The position numbers and the translations under genes are program-made. This document shows, piece after piece, positions 50,301 to 58,300 of a DNA stretch of 64,000 nucleotides. Source of the DNA: a virus. The notes under the pieces are model-generated. The model did no database searches. It saw nothing but the letters and a program-made list of their open reading frames with translations, and was not told the origin of the DNA. Position 1 is the first letter of the stretch. The number at the start of each line of letters is the position of its first letter. The stretch lies in IMG/VR virus record IMGVR_UViG_3300007609_000014, positions 4,792 to 68,791 of that record. One strand, written 5' to 3'.

Positions 50301-53300
50301 CATCATAACCGTCTACCCAAGTTAGTACTGGCTCTTCTTCTTGAGGTTCTGAACTATCATTTTCGATAATAGTGATAATATCTTCTACCAAAGATCCTGC
50401 TCGTGTAGCTGCAGATGCACTATATGTTGCAACGCCTGATCCTAAAACTTGATCAACTGCTGTTTGCAATTCTGTAACATCAGTGTTAGCACCGATCTGT
50501 CTTACTAAATCTCTTAGGAATCTGTACGACTCAACAGTGGCAATTACTTCTGCTCTGTTAACTCTTACATAACCCCTGTTAATGTACTCTTGATAATTTG
50601 CTCCGTCAACTGATTGTGTAAGAGCTTCATCTGTGTAAAGTTGGAATGTAGTTTCGTCTACAACTTTAACAAAGAATGTCTGTGCATTTAGACGAATAGG
50701 ACCATTTAGGTCAAACAGTGTAACAGTAAATGCATCTCTTAGGCCATGCTCTTCTTCGGTGCTAATCGTGATTGGGTTACCTAAAGTAACACTGGCAATA
50801 TCTACGTCTACAAACTGAGATCCCAGTTGATCAACATCACCGTCTGCGGCAGCTACTACGTCTGAGAAGTAGCTTCTTCCCGCAATAAGTGTTTCTAGGT
50901 TGCCGCCATATGTTAAATCATAAACCACAGCATCTAGAATATAGCCAATGTCTCTTGAACACTTTCCGTCGTCGTCGTAAGTTTCTGAAACTTGTGGGAA
51001 TTCGTTTTCAATATATTGCTTGACTTCTGCTGTGATAAAGTCTCTGTTGTTGTCAATGTTAGAAATAACATTTGCAATAGTCGTATCACTGGCATTACCT
51101 GTACCGCTTGTAGGTGTTGGTAAATCGTAGTCTGAAGGGACTCTGCTGATACCGTCTTGGATGATATCCACAATTAGATTCATGTTGTCTTCAATTCTTT
51201 CAATAGCTACAGTTTCTGAAACAATTGCTTTCATTAGGTCTTTTAGGTGCAAGAATGCACTCACAGTAGCTGCTTTTTGCTCTGGAGGTACAACAGTGTC
51301 GCCAATAACTTCAGTTTGTTCTACTGTTACAGTGCCGCCGTAGCCGCCGTAGCTGGTAGTTTCGCCGGTTGTAACTGTGGTGCTATTGCTACCAACATTC
51401 AATGTTGTTGTGGTTGGATCACTGGTAATCAATGTGCCAGTAACACCTGATGTTGTAGTAAACAGAGGTCTGTCAGTAGCAACACCTTGTAGGGCACCGC
51501 GCAGATACGAACGTCCTGCTGTGATAGAACGGAAGTTTGATCCAAACATCATGTCATAGCTGATTGCATCAATTACTAATCCCACATCTCTTTCGCAAAT
51601 TTCTCTGTTATAACCCAGCAGTGGATAATTTTGATTGATGTATGCGATACCTTCAGCAATCAAATAATCTTTGTTAAGCTGAATATTTGTTTGTGCTCTG
51701 GTAATTTCCGGAAATACTCCAGTTGGAGCTGGAAACTCAATTAATCCGCTAGAGTCGTAATCTGCAAATCCATTTTCAATAATTTCTAACACAAGATTAA
51801 AGTTAGCATCAACTCTTTCGTATGCTAGTCTGTCAGCGTCTGAACTGGCTGCACTTGGAGGATCAAGCAATGCAAGGACTTCTGTTTTTGCATACTCTAA
51901 TGCTGCTAGCGTTTCTTCTTTTTGGTCTGAAATCACAAGTGCTGCTGTTGAGCTACCATATGTTCTACCTGCCACAACACTCTTATAGTTTGTGCCAAAT
52001 ACCATATCGTCGATAACTGCTTCGATAATCAGTCCTGTGTCTCTGTAACACTTGGCCTGGTTAAACTCCAGCAACACATAATTTGCTTCCACAAACACAA
52101 TTGTGTCTTGTACAAGATTGTCTTTTTCTGCTACAATAGAGTTGTAAGCAGTTAGTTCGTCACTAGTAACACCTAGTGCAACAACATCTGGCTCTACTTC
52201 TGTTGGAAGTGTTTCACCGTCTGCAATATAAGTTGTAGTGATACCAATCAGTGTGTCAATTTCTGTGCCTTCAGTGGCAGTAGCATCTGAACCGCTAGTG
52301 TCAACTGTTTCTGTGTTGCCTGTTGTAGGCGTTACACTGGTGCCTTCTACAATATCTGAAGCAACTGCTGCTAGGTGATTATATGCTGCAACGGTCTGTT
52401 CTTCTTGTCCGTCTACTTGGCTGGCAGCACCTACGTAGTATGCTTTTGCTACTTCTACTGAAGCAGTATTACTGCTGTACATTAAGTCATATTGAAGGGC
52501 ATCTACAATTAGTCCTACATCACGTGAACACTTGTCTGAATTGTAAGTAAATCCTTCCCAAATACTTCCAGGTGTAGCATTAGCAACTTCGTCTGCGATG
52601 TATGCAATAACTTCTGCTTGCAGGAACGTTCTGTTGTTTTCTAATCTTGCAACAGCGTTTTGCTCGTTTGAGCTTGAATTACCAGCTGCCGGAATGTTAA
52701 GGGTGGTCAGATAGTTGTTTGAGATATAGTAAGCACTGGCTTGCTGATTGTTTAGCAAATCAATAATGATGTCAAACAATCCGTTTGAAGTTGTAGTAAG
52801 TCCGGTAGGTACTAGACTAGCAACTCTGCCCTTTACATATTCAATAGCATCAGCAGTTTGTGTTTTTTGATTGTTAATCAAATATGTGCTATTTGCTCTA
52901 GTGTAAGCAAGACCTGCTGTTAGACTTCTGTAGTTTGATCCTAGTGCCAAATCATTTGCGATTGCGTCAAGGATTTCACCCGTGTCTCTGCGGCACTTGG
53001 CTTCGTCAAAGTCTGTTTGATAAGTTTCTTTAACAAAGTCAACCGTGGCTTTCTGAATGGCTTCTTTCTGCGCAAGAACCACTGTTCTTGCTTCTTGCAA
53101 TTCTGCATCTTCGGTTGTGAATGTAGGTCCTGTGACAACACCTTGTCCTACTTTGATTGGCGTTGCATCTTTAATAGTGTAAACTTCTTCCGTGTCAGAG
53201 AACACAGCCGCATTCTGAATGTACGGAATATTGGTTAGATCGTTGAAGATCATTGAGCTTCTGTTTACGTTAGCACCTGCTGATGCTGAGAACAGAGCCT

Positions 53301-54105
53301 CTGAATAACCGTCGGAAATAAGACCGTAGTTACCAAAAGAAGTGTTTGAGTTAGTCAGTGAACAGAATCCACCAGTTTCGCAAAGGATTGAAATATCACA
53401 AGAAATTGTGAAAATTGATACCAGCTGAGTGTTACCTCTGTTTAGGTGATGTACGCCGATACCGCCCTGGTTGTACTGTGTATAAGCATCAACAACCATT
53501 GAACGCAAGCCTGTAACAACTGATCCGTCTACACGCATACCTGTACCAGTTGTGGTATATGCTGTACAGTTCTGTACATATGGAGAACACATAATTGAAC
53601 CTGCAGAGCCGTCTGGTGGGAACGATACCGCGGCACTAGGTGCAATAAAGTTATTAAAACGCATGTCTTTGAGGAAACAGCCATTGTTTACCCAAAACAT
53701 ATCTTGGTCTTCAAATTCTGGTTGCACAAATGTGGTTCTCAGTGAGTCACCTACAATCGCACAAAATGCTGGAATCTTAACAGGATTCTTTACTGTGTGT
53801 TGTCCTGCTTTCACATACAGTGTAGATCCTTCTGGAATAACACTCAGTGCGTGATGAATGGTGGCAAATGCGTCACCAATGGTCTTACCATCGTTTTCAT
53901 CAGATCCTGTTGTGGTTACATAGAAAACGTTATCAGTGGCGTCTCTTGCACCCAGTTCTCTGATTGCAAAATTGCCTTCTTCTTGTTCTCTCTTAAAGAA
54001 AAGCTTACCGTCGTAGGTGTTAAGGGCTAGTTCGCCCAGTTCGAGTTGATCAAAGGAAGGAACCTTATCTGGTTCTGCACTTCTTTTAATTCTGATAGTA
54101 GACAT
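41344..54105 (-). CDS. 4253-aa giant virion protein: Mtd-N-like N-terminus, pectin-lyase-like beta-helix segment, 20 tandem phycobiliprotein(globin)-like CxRD repeats with inserted small domains, T4-like-phage fibre-type C-terminus
   Basis: MSTIRIKRS...GELALNTYDGKLFFK; NVFYVTTTGSDENDG...AFATIHHAL...IVGDSLRTT...SPYVQNCT; 20 copies of C.RD....(D/E)A...D...G.N; C-terminal SLITASGQTFEWVGSG...GKVYFTSTDQTGDFKIG. Confidence 0.92.
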   Translation of the reverse strand: MSTIRIKRSAEPDKVPSFDQLELGELALNTYDGKLFFKREQEEGNFAIRELGARDATDNVFYVTTTGSDENDGKTIGDAFATIHHALSVIPEGSTLYVKAGQHTVKNPVKIPAFCAIVGDSLRTTFVQPEFEDQDMFWVNNGCFLKDMRFNNFIAPSAAVSFPPDGSAGSIMCSPYVQNCTAYTTTGTGMRVDGSVVTGLRSMVVDAYTQYNQGGIGVHHLNRGNTQLVSIFTISCDISILCETGGFCSLTNSNTSFGNYGLISDGYSEALFSASAGANVNRSSMIFNDLTNIPYIQNAAVFSDTEEVYTIKDATPIKVGQGVVTGPTFTTEDAELQEARTVVLAQKEAIQKATVDFVKETYQTDFDEAKCRRDTGEILDAIANDLALGSNYRSLTAGLAYTRANSTYLINNQKTQTADAIEYVKGRVASLVPTGLTTTSNGLFDIIIDLLNNQQASAYYISNNYLTTLNIPAAGNSSSNEQNAVARLENNRTFLQAEVIAYIADEVANATPGSIWEGFTYNSDKCSRDVGLIVDALQYDLMYSSNTASVEVAKAYYVGAASQVDGQEEQTVAAYNHLAAVASDIVEGTSVTPTTGNTETVDTSGSDATATEGTEIDTLIGITTTYIADGETLPTEVEPDVVALGVTSDELTAYNSIVAEKDNLVQDTIVFVEANYVLLEFNQAKCYRDTGLIIEAVIDDMVFGTNYKSVVAGRTYGSSTAALVISDQKEETLAALEYAKTEVLALLDPPSAASSDADRLAYERVDANFNLVLEIIENGFADYDSSGLIEFPAPTGVFPEITRAQTNIQLNKDYLIAEGIAYINQNYPLLGYNREICERDVGLVIDAISYDMMFGSNFRSITAGRSYLRGALQGVATDRPLFTTTSGVTGTLITSDPTTTTLNVGSNSTTVTTGETTSYGGYGGTVTVEQTEVIGDTVVPPEQKAATVSAFLHLKDLMKAIVSETVAIERIEDNMNLIVDIIQDGISRVPSDYDLPTPTSGTGNASDTTIANVISNIDNNRDFITAEVKQYIENEFPQVSETYDDDGKCSRDIGYILDAVVYDLTYGGNLETLIAGRSYFSDVVAAADGDVDQLGSQFVDVDIASVTLGNPITISTEEEHGLRDAFTVTLFDLNGPIRLNAQTFFVKVVDETTFQLYTDEALTQSVDGANYQEYINRGYVRVNRAEVIATVESYRFLRDLVRQIGANTDVTELQTAVDQVLGSGVATYSASAATRAGSLVEDIITIIENDSSEPQEEEPVLTWVDGYDANIAYPVGFSNQGLYTDHLILQGEKGDLQKDVTFFIESNFAYDQATCERDLGYIIDAVVYDTLYKGNSQSFAAAKQYYNSRGQIVIPDLQRRATGDALDLLEDRIGDVLRSNRVVPTQNQNDPNFVAQDTSTTATTITEILRIQKLFEVLSSVVRRNYFINDFIDNIDPDFENQSAAGNEIREKILAERQNLTIKTIKFIDTTFREFRFDEEVCARDVGLILDAVSMDVALGTNYNSIIAGLSYQRGSASIAKVKAEQFPQTLAAIKYLKDEVLEISGLSDLGKARATAAFDELIDIFENGATSTRQAANALNFVMPVGVAQNTQDAHTLLQGNRTFIQEEIIAWIDDQFTNFTYDEDKCLRDTQLLLDAVNLDTVLNTNYNTITAGLAYQRANASEVLTGQKIQTVAAIAHLKEKVDELTKLSTQGRARMTRLIDVVLDILDGAFTYDSTYDSTDDAGVVENIELNNPANATQDQTDAKDQLRINKEFIATDVVQYINNNYPNLDYVESKCKRDVEFIIDAINFDVLYGGNSATVQAAKSYFVGTIDQLAEGQADATIDGYVHLKDLIAKIVVCDEVTPTPGHNLVQKIESDPGSAAEVTRYQALIDIIIEVIKVGNITGLPVQEYPVITWADANLQRDFVEIAQETAKNTFTPYGAAYNPVTGIMTLEIGPHPYEYGDKIRLKEESLAFTCGSDGNLNVLRHPRTKEAAYNTDLTVENVTQTTITVNVGTSPETSAHTFVSASEGAVTSAVAKTGLADTVVAYVNDEFVNFTYDIDKCARDVGIITVGTAFDVAMGTNYNSVTSGLAYQRANANKVQNYAQKDITIAAYQQLKKLMFALSDVNGNQTATGPFYVFGTDNITPMGNGEGYYYPLYTDQAAAELADDGSNATLGAGAHIHVFTEYPGVTFYMPNKFMNHAIAEKPTGFPSYEVIKRVDDAIDEIIDIFSNGPSAADTVVYPNPTDATAAVISAKDLIQANKDAIVTDTIAFIEANSNLVGTYDQDKCRRDSRLILDAVALDMVLGTNYNSVYAGISYQRGSNSELLNSNQKGATLNAIRYLKARVLELSDVKFKVSDGTANTDAVNRLTANFDEVLDIIENGSVSAEVPGDSASVADAINFDVDGDGNIGPASYPGTTAYAGRVIANSIAAANRLINNKDFLVAEVKAFIGTNDPSLDYDETRCERDVKYILDGITFDVLYGGNLGTRLNAQAYFEGTTIDQLPADQRTITADAYAHLTNKAKEVLVNPSVSPTITGTTPNTLTADLSGADATAVESNLIDGLLQEIEDAVRTGTLDTLSVEVLPSVGFADSDLINARVQVRNDEHRILDSTINYINTQLSYNQVSCERDLRFILDALSYDVLYGGNSATNIAADAYFVGTTSQLGTNSVETTATIDAYNNLKTLIANILSGEAGATEQTRIDGYIDTIVTVITDGNTDSLPSTPTYPSYTWADAEYVAAGDAIFAEATSFGTSINAFLLENFPERTYDRTRCKRDVGFIVDALSYDVLYGGNSAIREVARSYFSFAINQLGSDEKETRATLEAYKRLQDVVSDVVLGNTVVTSTKNTESQDTGDSSGAVATTIEASRLSTLLAIVIATIDEQGTNNLPDQELPAIDWAATALQNDFDSILANKENAKAEVLQFIEDRYTTFKYDQFKCSRDIGLILNAVLEDTIMNSNYQSLLAGSSYYRASASVVFEEQLPETIRAIEFLRDEVKKVLTDPFFTATVAPGTFDTPAKRAITPVEAIQNAKTTTKVYGDTAEYARLLARFEDVLRTMANGLVTTVTFSTPVTLSKNEIVRQAGTKAFGRVKDNVTDATTVELIEVSGTFNTADSNTVVASATGELSAVITGAALAELDTIQFNDPVGITEDRRKAKDILQANKEFFVKEAVAFINTTFPLIGYDRATCERDIGLVLDAIGYDMMFGSNFRSITAGRSYYREGAAVVTESQKKATLAAFQFLKVIAADAVSAETLSASGIQQVDKEFTVTVEDDSYGLAKTGSFHIDGVERPVIELEPGAKYRFNQDDISNVYYGDLRHPLVFGQNENGTLQVGGQGYAQGVKFFLDGIEVTQEDYERDFATATTREVELDLTGNYTTEIWYGSPFFKGMGGQIYAKATGSEGDAGAKQAIEDRMNDIIQILDTGPDTTLTLNAPANVVEGEIITQLNSGASGEVKKENGTSITLITVSGTFTTNAADTLTGDESGSLSVYPTLVSSAPVPSLPTPTGGTGNASNADYAIAANAIVANRQFIVEEVVAYISENFPLLGYDRETCERDTGLVIDAVSYDMVFGSNFRSITAGRSYLRQSSGVLPAEQKAATTAAFTYLGTLLKALVIQTNADADTAKASIDSNIALINTIINDGISAVPSSFTIPSPNNYENTENAVDSYLPGYFNARENIAKNRAWIIAQVKQYIEDNHPGVAGDYDRDGKCTRDLGYILDAVNYDLTYGGNLETLVAGRAYYSDAGVQQLGTESDEITATLDAYNYLSGLLEQVALLNPDAEGDLNTVDGLTQDTTGNASNASGALRASSLIDDIITIIEDNSSAPTEEYPLITWVVGDNDNRTKQAIFNQFISERANLVKQVTTYIEENFAYLETKCRRDINYIVDAVRYDLTYGGNLETTVVGRSYFSDEGVNQLGSIREINATKAAYEYLEQIVQSVASNTSITAKNTVETQDTTGGSPSGDAASIKAGSLIEDIIKWIDNTQGDIGDSSNPEEQPDLSWVNSKLVTAHNTLQNEKALIKQSVTEFIEANYAYVQERCERDIRYIVDAVCYDIFYLGNSQAHLAAEQYFDGGFLQIPVPTKEATVRTFDYIRELCKDSVINIELSPLQTAVAQDLSLPAASSAQSDRIEDLFKVIVNLIQHGYSSTVTFDVNIATGGIPKIGERATFHQTSLITASGQTFEWVGSGTNINEAVPYKGGQPIQEQQVVESNEGKVYFTSTDQTGDFKIGNSLTIERATGTITGDTFDRSLFAVLTPYILSLQ
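41700..53110 (-). repeat. Array of 20 helical repeats, each with invariant Cys-x-Arg-Asp
   Basis: Counted in the translation; first Cys at residue 371 (nt 52993-52995), last at residue 4030 (nt 42016-42018). Confidence 0.93.
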
Positions 54106-54167
54106 ATTTTTTCCGTTCCCCTTGCAGACTGCGTGTCATTATAGTAGTAGTTTATCTAACACAAAGA

Positions 54168-54174
54168 TATTTAT
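54168..54174 (-). promoter_or_regulatory. T4-like late promoter (ATAAATA)
   Basis: Intergenic, about 60 nt upstream of the 4253-aa gene start. Confidence 0.65.
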
Positions 54175-54258
54175 CAAATAGGCAAAAATACGATTAGTTT
54201 TGTGCTAATTTAACTATTATTCTGTTAATATATATCCGAGTATTAAATGAACCAACCC

Positions 54259-54283
54259 AAAAGCGGTTTCAAAAAGATCCGCC
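54259..54283 (-). terminator. Possible weak terminator overlapping the end of the 371-aa gene
   Basis: Minus strand GGCGG-ATCTTTTTGAAA-CCGC-TTTT; short stem. Confidence 0.35.
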
Positions 54284-55384
54284 GTCGATATCGCCTTTTA
54301 GTTCGTCTGCTTCCAATGTTTGGGAAACCCTTGCATTGCCGTAAACTACTAAATTTTCTTCAAACCCTCCGGTTTGTGCTCCTACTATAACTTTACCTTC
54401 GTCTATTTCAAAATCCACGCCTGGGATTCTCACCCGTTCTATAGTCTCATTTCCGATTGTGATTTCGTTGTTTACTACAGAGCTAGAAGGTTCTGCGTGA
54501 TTACCAATAAGAATATTGTTTGAACCATCTATTAATAAATTGCCTGCATCGTTGCCCAGGGCAACATTATAGTTTGCACCTGAAGTTAAATTGTCAAAAC
54601 TTCTAAATCCCAGTGCTAGATTTTCTTGGGCGTCATTCTTACCATCTGCTAAATCATCTATGGCAAACAGTCTGCCGTTTATGGTGAGATTATTCTGAAA
54701 ATCAATGCTGGCTCCAAAGAGTGCATCATTGTTTACTGTAATATTACCGTTGCCGTTAGCTACGAGATTGATGCCACCGTTTTCATTAAGAGCGCGAATA
54801 TCATTTTCTTCTAGCTCTAAATTACCAAATTCTGCTCGCTGTCCTTTAACGCCAAAGTCGCTTATGTATTTTGCACCGCTTACGTAAATGCTTTTTCCAG
54901 CGATGCCAGCTGGCAGATTGTCGCCGATAAAGTTTAGAATGCCTGCTTGGTAATCAAAAAACCATTCGTCATTGTTACCACTACCAGAAGCAAATATCTG
55001 AGACCCGGTGGTTTGTGGCGATCCAGATCCAGGATCGTCAATGTAAACTTTTATTTGATAGGTTGATCCAAACTCTGGTGGAATCCAGTCGCCTTCGTTG
55101 GTTAGCCAAGTTCTGTTCGGAGATGCCGTGATATCTGCTGTGCATTCTACGGTTGGAGTAGCACCAAATGCATCACTGTAAACTTCTACAATATCTGTGC
55201 TTGTTGCAGGAATTACTCCGGGTATTAAATCTGAATCTACCCAAATTTTGTCTCCACGCAATAACAGAGGACTTGGTATACTTTCGTTTACAGCGGCTTT
55301 TACACTGTTTATGTCTGTTTTAGCAAAACCGTAACCTATCTTTTTCCAAAGAAAGTCTAGTTTTTGATTATCTGCGATTGCCAT
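54269..55384 (-). CDS. 371-aa virion structural protein ending in IDGGSF
   Basis: ORF track; MAIADNQKLDFLWKKIGYG...EWFFDYQAGILNFIG; N.ALG..AG/N.LIG repeats near the C-terminus. Confidence 0.85.
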   Translation of the reverse strand: MAIADNQKLDFLWKKIGYGFAKTDINSVKAAVNESIPSPLLLRGDKIWVDSDLIPGVIPATSTDIVEVYSDAFGATPTVECTADITASPNRTWLTNEGDWIPPEFGSTYQIKVYIDDPGSGSPQTTGSQIFASGSGNNDEWFFDYQAGILNFIGDNLPAGIAGKSIYVSGAKYISDFGVKGQRAEFGNLELEENDIRALNENGGINLVANGNGNITVNNDALFGASIDFQNNLTINGRLFAIDDLADGKNDAQENLALGFRSFDNLTSGANYNVALGNDAGNLLIDGSNNILIGNHAEPSSSVVNNEITIGNETIERVRIPGVDFEIDEGKVIVGAQTGGFEENLVVYGNARVSQTLEADELKGDIDGGSF

Positions 55385-55387
55385 CTG

Positions 55388-58300
55388 TTATGCCTCTCCA
55401 ATTTCCAGCGTGGTTATTTTTTGCCCTGCGTCTAACGCTATTCTCACCAGTACAACATTGTTTGTTGCATTACTCATATTTTCTGCACCCAGTGTCATAA
55501 CATATTGTCCACTTAATGCTGTGTTAGGCGCAATAATGTCGCCACCTGTGCTAGCACAGCCGTTTGATCCATTACCGCCATTGTCTGAATCGGCTCCTGG
55601 AACACCTGCACCAGCATACTGTATGGAACAGTCTAACCAACCGTTTATTGAACTTGCTGAATCAATCGCTGTTCCTGGAGCAGCAATCCATACGCCTGCA
55701 ACACCAGTTGAACTTGTTATATTAATACCGAAGTTTGCAACCACCTGTCTACGGAATGCAAACGTAAAGTACTGTGTGCCTGTGTCAAAACTTCTGTCCG
55801 GTCCTGAGGGTAAATAATCCAGACTGTAATTTTCAACATTATGTTCTAGCACACCAAATCTAATAGTTGCTTCTTGTGTTCCTGCAACGCCCGGATCACT
55901 GCTTTCGGAATAAGGATTATTGCTGTAATAATTTACACCTGTGCTGGAAAACGCAGGATTATCCACAGGATCATTTGCAAAGTTAAAAATTCTTACGCCG
56001 TCATCTGTAAACACACCATTGCCCAATGAATTGTCCACTTCAATTGCTATTTCACTGATACCTATCGCTCCTCCTTGTGTGCTTCTAAACACAGCTATTT
56101 TGGTACTCTTTTCCACAAAGGAGCTGTATCCATTTATATTTCTCATTCTATATCTAATAGTGTCAACAGTTACAATACCCGAACTGGTTATCGGAACTGT
56201 CAAATTTCCAAGTGTGTAAGGTGTTCCGTTTCCGGTATTTGCTTGAGGTATTCCTCCTGAGAGATAAGTTGATGCACCATTATTAATATCTGCATATGAA
56301 TAATTCAATCCTGATGCAATTGCTGAAAAGGACTGCCCTTCAATATTACTTAAACCATTACGCACTTCTACAACATTTGATATATTTGCATAGGTTTGTC
56401 CTATCCAGCTGTCAGCAGTAATGCCTGAAATAACCAGTGTGGGATTTCCAGTGTTGTAATATGGTACGCCGGAGATATATCTATAGTTGCCTGCTACTCC
56501 TTCTGAAATTACGCCGCCACCTAATGTCACTGTGTTGGTTACATCGTCCTTTACAAAATCTAAAACATTAGTGTTATAGGTGCCGCTGGGTGTTTCCTGT
56601 CTTATCTGGAAAGTATTCAATCCTACTGGTATGCTGGCAGCGTCCTCGGCAATCTTTGCCTTAAATCCGTTAAATGCACTTGGATAAAAGATTGTGTCAA
56701 CAAACGGTATGCTTTGCCCCGCTGAATTAAAAAGATTGAAATCCGTTTCTGATGTGATAACAAGACTGTTATAGGTTCCTATGTTAGCACCTAGGGTAGG
56801 AGAAAAAGTCACAGTTCCGTCTGCTGTGTCATTAACTAAACTGCTGACCACAGGACGATTACCAAAATCAAAATCTGATTCATTACCTGTGCTGGAATAT
56901 GTCAGTGTGGAAATAATATCTGTGTCTATTGTGCCCGATGTAGCAACAGTTCGATTTACAGACTGTCCTGCTGAAGTTGTGCTGGTTGCACTATTATCTG
57001 TGGCATTAGCAGCTAATCTAGGATTTAATCCCGTGCTGTTAGCAAAACTGATTGTTTTACTATCAATAAAGTTAGGAGGCGTTGGATCATTTTCGTATAT
57101 CTTGATTGTTTTTGTAGCCGACGTTGGTATAACCGCAGGATCGGCAGTGCTGTGTGTTTCTAGTGTAAGTGTTACGTCAGTAGTTCCGGTGCCTGTGGTT
57201 GTGCCATCAGCAAAGGTATGAGTTATTCTGGCTCCATCGCGTCCGCCTGGATCAGTGTCGCTGGCGACGTTGTCTAAAGGTGCTCCGTCGCCCCAATCAA
57301 TTGAGTATGTTGCGGTGTTGCCTGCTCCTAGGGCAACACCTGTGTTGGTTGTAAGGTTTTCTAGTGCTAAGAAATTTCCTTCAACAACATATAAAAGGTT
57401 TCCAGTCAGTGCAGAGCCTCCGGTTGGAGATCGATATAAATCAAAGTCTGCTACGGGATCGGGAGTGTAGATAATGATGTAATCGATCTTTTCTTCTTCG
57501 GCATCTGTGCCTGCACTGCCTGGAAATTGGGCGTCTGTATTGCGAGCTACTACCCTCACAGTAAACAAACCTCCCAACACGGCATTGTAAGTAAAACTTA
57601 CAGGAGTACCACTAGGGTACGTAATTTCTTTAATATCTGTAACACCTTGGGCGGCTAGTTGTCCGGTAACATCCCAGTCAACTTCAACCTGTGTGTGAGT
57701 TCCGTCAATGTCTAAATTTAAAGTAATAGTGGAACCACTGCCGCCGGCTATAGGTGATGCTTCAAAATCAACACTGCGTATGAAAGTGTTGTTTCTAATA
57801 TTATTCAAAGATTCGTTAAGTAAATCAACTGCTTGCGATACTTTCATATCGTCGGCAAACACATCTAAAGGTTTAGGACTGCCGTCAGCAGTTGTTTCCG
57901 CACTTCTTAAAAATGCACCGTCGTCGAATGTGCTGTCGTCTGGTGGACCAACTGGTATTCTGTCACCTGTGGACACGTTTGCTGAAAATCTTGCCAATGC
58001 ACCTTGGGTTACAACTGCGGTATCACTGGGATTATTTTCTATATTAAATTCATTGTTGTCAATTTTGTCAGTGGTATATCCATCCAGTGTGAGTTTTTTG
58101 GAAAAAATGTTTTTCCAATTTTTATTAATAGCGCCTAGGGTGTAACCCGTAGTACCGTCACTGTTTATGTCAGGAAGTACATTGCTATTGATATCTGCAT
58201 TAAGAGTGATATTATCTGTATCTTCGTCACCCAAGATAAGATCGCCATCTGCTGAGATAGTGCCTGTCGCATGTATGTTTCCTTGAACTTCTAGACTGGA

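Noticed and set aside
41700-53110. Multiheme cytochrome or heme-globin interpretation of the Cys repeats
   Set aside because: No CxxCH motifs and no conserved His across repeats; the single Cys with Arg-Asp fits the phycobiliprotein pattern better
41344-54105. Concluding that the host is a cyanobacterium
   Set aside because: No photosynthesis or other host-diagnostic genes lie in this window; the repeat similarity alone does not establish the host
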